A stretch of 64,000 nucleotides of DNA from a virus. Positions 62,834 through 64,000 of this stretch are shown here, in pieces. The translations under genes were made by a program, and so were the position numbers. The stretch's first letter is position 1; each line of letters begins with the position of its first letter. The notes beneath the pieces are model-generated. The model did no database searches and had not been told where the DNA came from. It saw only the letters and a list, made by a program, of their open reading frames with translations. The stretch lies in IMG/VR virus record IMGVR_UViG_3300046513_000134, positions 36,507 to 100,506 of that record; one strand, given 5' to 3'.

Positions 62834-63127
62834 GAAAAAGGCCCACAGGTCACAACTCCCGGGGCCTTATCCACATGCTTGGTACGGTTAGTCGCCGCCG
62901 ACGACTGGCCTTGGAAATCGATGGTCGGAATGTGCAGATGCCGACGTTTCTTTCTGCAAGGGACGACATCTCCGATGGAAAGCCCAGCTTTCAAGTCTCG
63001 CCTGCGTACTCCAAAGGAGCGACGTAAGTTACTGCCTGTATCTGGAGGAGGCTGCCTATGGGAATTTCTCCCGGCCGGTTAGCAGCATTCCTTCGAGTTC
63101 CACCGCCCGTTCCATCGGAGGTGTCGA
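62834..63127 (-). ncRNA. candidate structured non-coding RNA (~290 nt)
   Basis: Promoter at 63133-63161; 17-bp stem 63110-63126/62964-62980; further hairpins; terminator 62834-62868. Confidence 0.5.
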
Positions 63128-63132
63128 GGATT

Positions 63133-63161
63133 GATATACGGTCCCCACTTTTCCTTGTCAA
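63133..63161 (-). promoter_or_regulatory. sigma70 promoter
   Basis: TTGACA-N17-TATATC. Confidence 0.7.
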
Positions 63162-64000
63162 CGGGTAAAAATGCCGGGTTCCAAAGTATCTTTCCAACCA
63201 CATTGGTTGAGATGCCACTTCAGCAAGTAGAGGATCGGCCGGTTGCCAATCGGGGTGCCGCGCCACGTCTCCGGCTTCTGGAACATGTCGAAGGTCTCCT
63301 GCCACAGCTTCAGGGCGTCGATCTTCTTGACCTTGTCCTTGATGCAGGCGTCGGTCAGGGCCTTGGCCTGTTCGCGCATGCTGCCCTGTCTCTCGGCCCC
63401 GTGGGTCCATTCCTTCAGCCGGGCGAAGTGTTCGGCCATCAGCCCCTGTACCGCCTCGGTGGTGGACTGATTGCGCGGCCCCTCCACGAAGTCCTTCCAG
63501 TAGGTCGCCTCCCACTGCAGGAAGCGCGCATACATGCCCTCGTAGTCGTCGGCAAAGGCGCGGATCATCGCGTAGCTCTCGGTCATCGAATTGGTGATGA
63601 ACGGGTAGTCCTTGCCGACGAAGTTGGCCCATGCCTTGTCGGGCAGGATCACCGGCACGCCGTGCACCAGCGGCTCGTAGGTGGACATCGAGAAGTCTTC
63701 CACCTTGGAGATGTTGATGGCGACGTGGGCGTCGTTCTCCAGCAGGTCATGGAATTGCTGGCGGTTGTTCTTCATCACCTTAACGAAGTCGAAATCTTCC
63801 CCGGCATTTGTGCCGAGCGAGTGGGTGGACACCATGTAATTTATCGGCACGCCCTTTTTGTGTAGCCCCGAGCCAGCGAACCCTTTCTGGAACAGTTCGA
63901 CCACGTCCTGAAAGTTCCTCACGGACGTCGTACGCCCGGCAAACAGTACGTTCAGCCCCTTGGATACATCTTTTGCGTTGTTCGAGAGCCGCGTCAATTT
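63158..64000 (-). CDS. GT-B (GT4-like) glycosyltransferase, 5' end outside the window
   Basis: VLFAGR, S..EDFSMSTYE (EX7E), GVPVI. Confidence 0.7.
   Translation of the reverse strand, partial: KLTRLSNNAKDVSKGLNVLFAGRTTSVRNFQDVVELFQKGFAGSGLHKKGVPINYMVSTHSLGTNAGEDFDFVKVMKNNRQQFHDLLENDAHVAINISKVEDFSMSTYEPLVHGVPVILPDKAWANFVGKDYPFITNSMTESYAMIRAFADDYEGMYARFLQWEATYWKDFVEGPRNQSTTEAVQGLMAEHFARLKEWTHGAERQGSMREQAKALTDACIKDKVKKIDALKLWQETFDMFQKPETWRGTPIGNRPILYLLKWHLNQCGWKDTLEPGIFTR

Noticed and set aside
63030-63080. HDV-like ribozyme (GGCCGG...CAGCCUCCUC) or group I intron core (GAGACU / AGUC) in the ncRNA
   Set aside because: HDV P1/P3 pairings do not close; P7 has mismatches and no interrupted gene is evident.
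62964-63126. Retron msr-msd (a1/a2-like long stem)
   Set aside because: No reverse transcriptase in the window.
319-63865. Long plus-strand ORFs (e.g. 319..2022, 33751..36135, 43897..46014, 48704..50920, 59297..61165)
   Set aside because: Antisense shadows of GC3-rich minus-strand genes; no motifs or SDs.
1-64000. tRNA genes, integrase/att sites, inteins
   Set aside because: No cloverleaf or T-loop motifs in intergenic gaps, no recombinase motifs, and no intein-sized insertions in polA, dnaB, terL or recA seen by eye.

Overview
GC-rich (~60-63% by eye) tailed dsDNA phage segment with siphovirus-type tail genes. Essentially every real gene is on the minus strand; no integrase, tRNA or CRISPR was seen. 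The host is probably an alphaproteobacterium (inferred from (C/G)TTGAC-N17-(C/G)TATAT-like promoters and gene types). In transcription order (right to left): GT-B glycosyltransferase (partial), a promoter/terminator-bounded structured ncRNA candidate, ParB-like protein, terminase; an accessory operon (PPDK-like dikinase lacking the PEP barrel, CsrA-like protein, two CX5R phosphatases, unknowns); PolA with a degenerate UDG-like N-terminus; portal, protease, scaffold, capsid, neck, tail tube, HNH, frameshifted tail chaperone, tape measure with an M15 peptidase, lambda-like tail tip, fibre, lysis cassette; AAA ATPase pair; replication/recombination block; small regulators; SGNH tailspike-like gene. 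Signals not explained by the gene list: (1) the palindrome TGCAA-N4-TTGCA occurs in 15 perfect and 2 near-perfect copies about every 4 kb, at promoters and inside genes including the parB-like gene (KorB/Noc/stoperator-like); (2) about 8-10 accessory genes have their Shine-Dalgarno in an ANGGAG hairpin loop, the CsrA/RsmE site, next to a phage CsrA-like gene, suggesting a phage translational regulon built around a dikinase/phosphatase/AAA module; (3) a ~290-nt structured ncRNA candidate. All functional calls come from motif recognition by eye; no searches were run.
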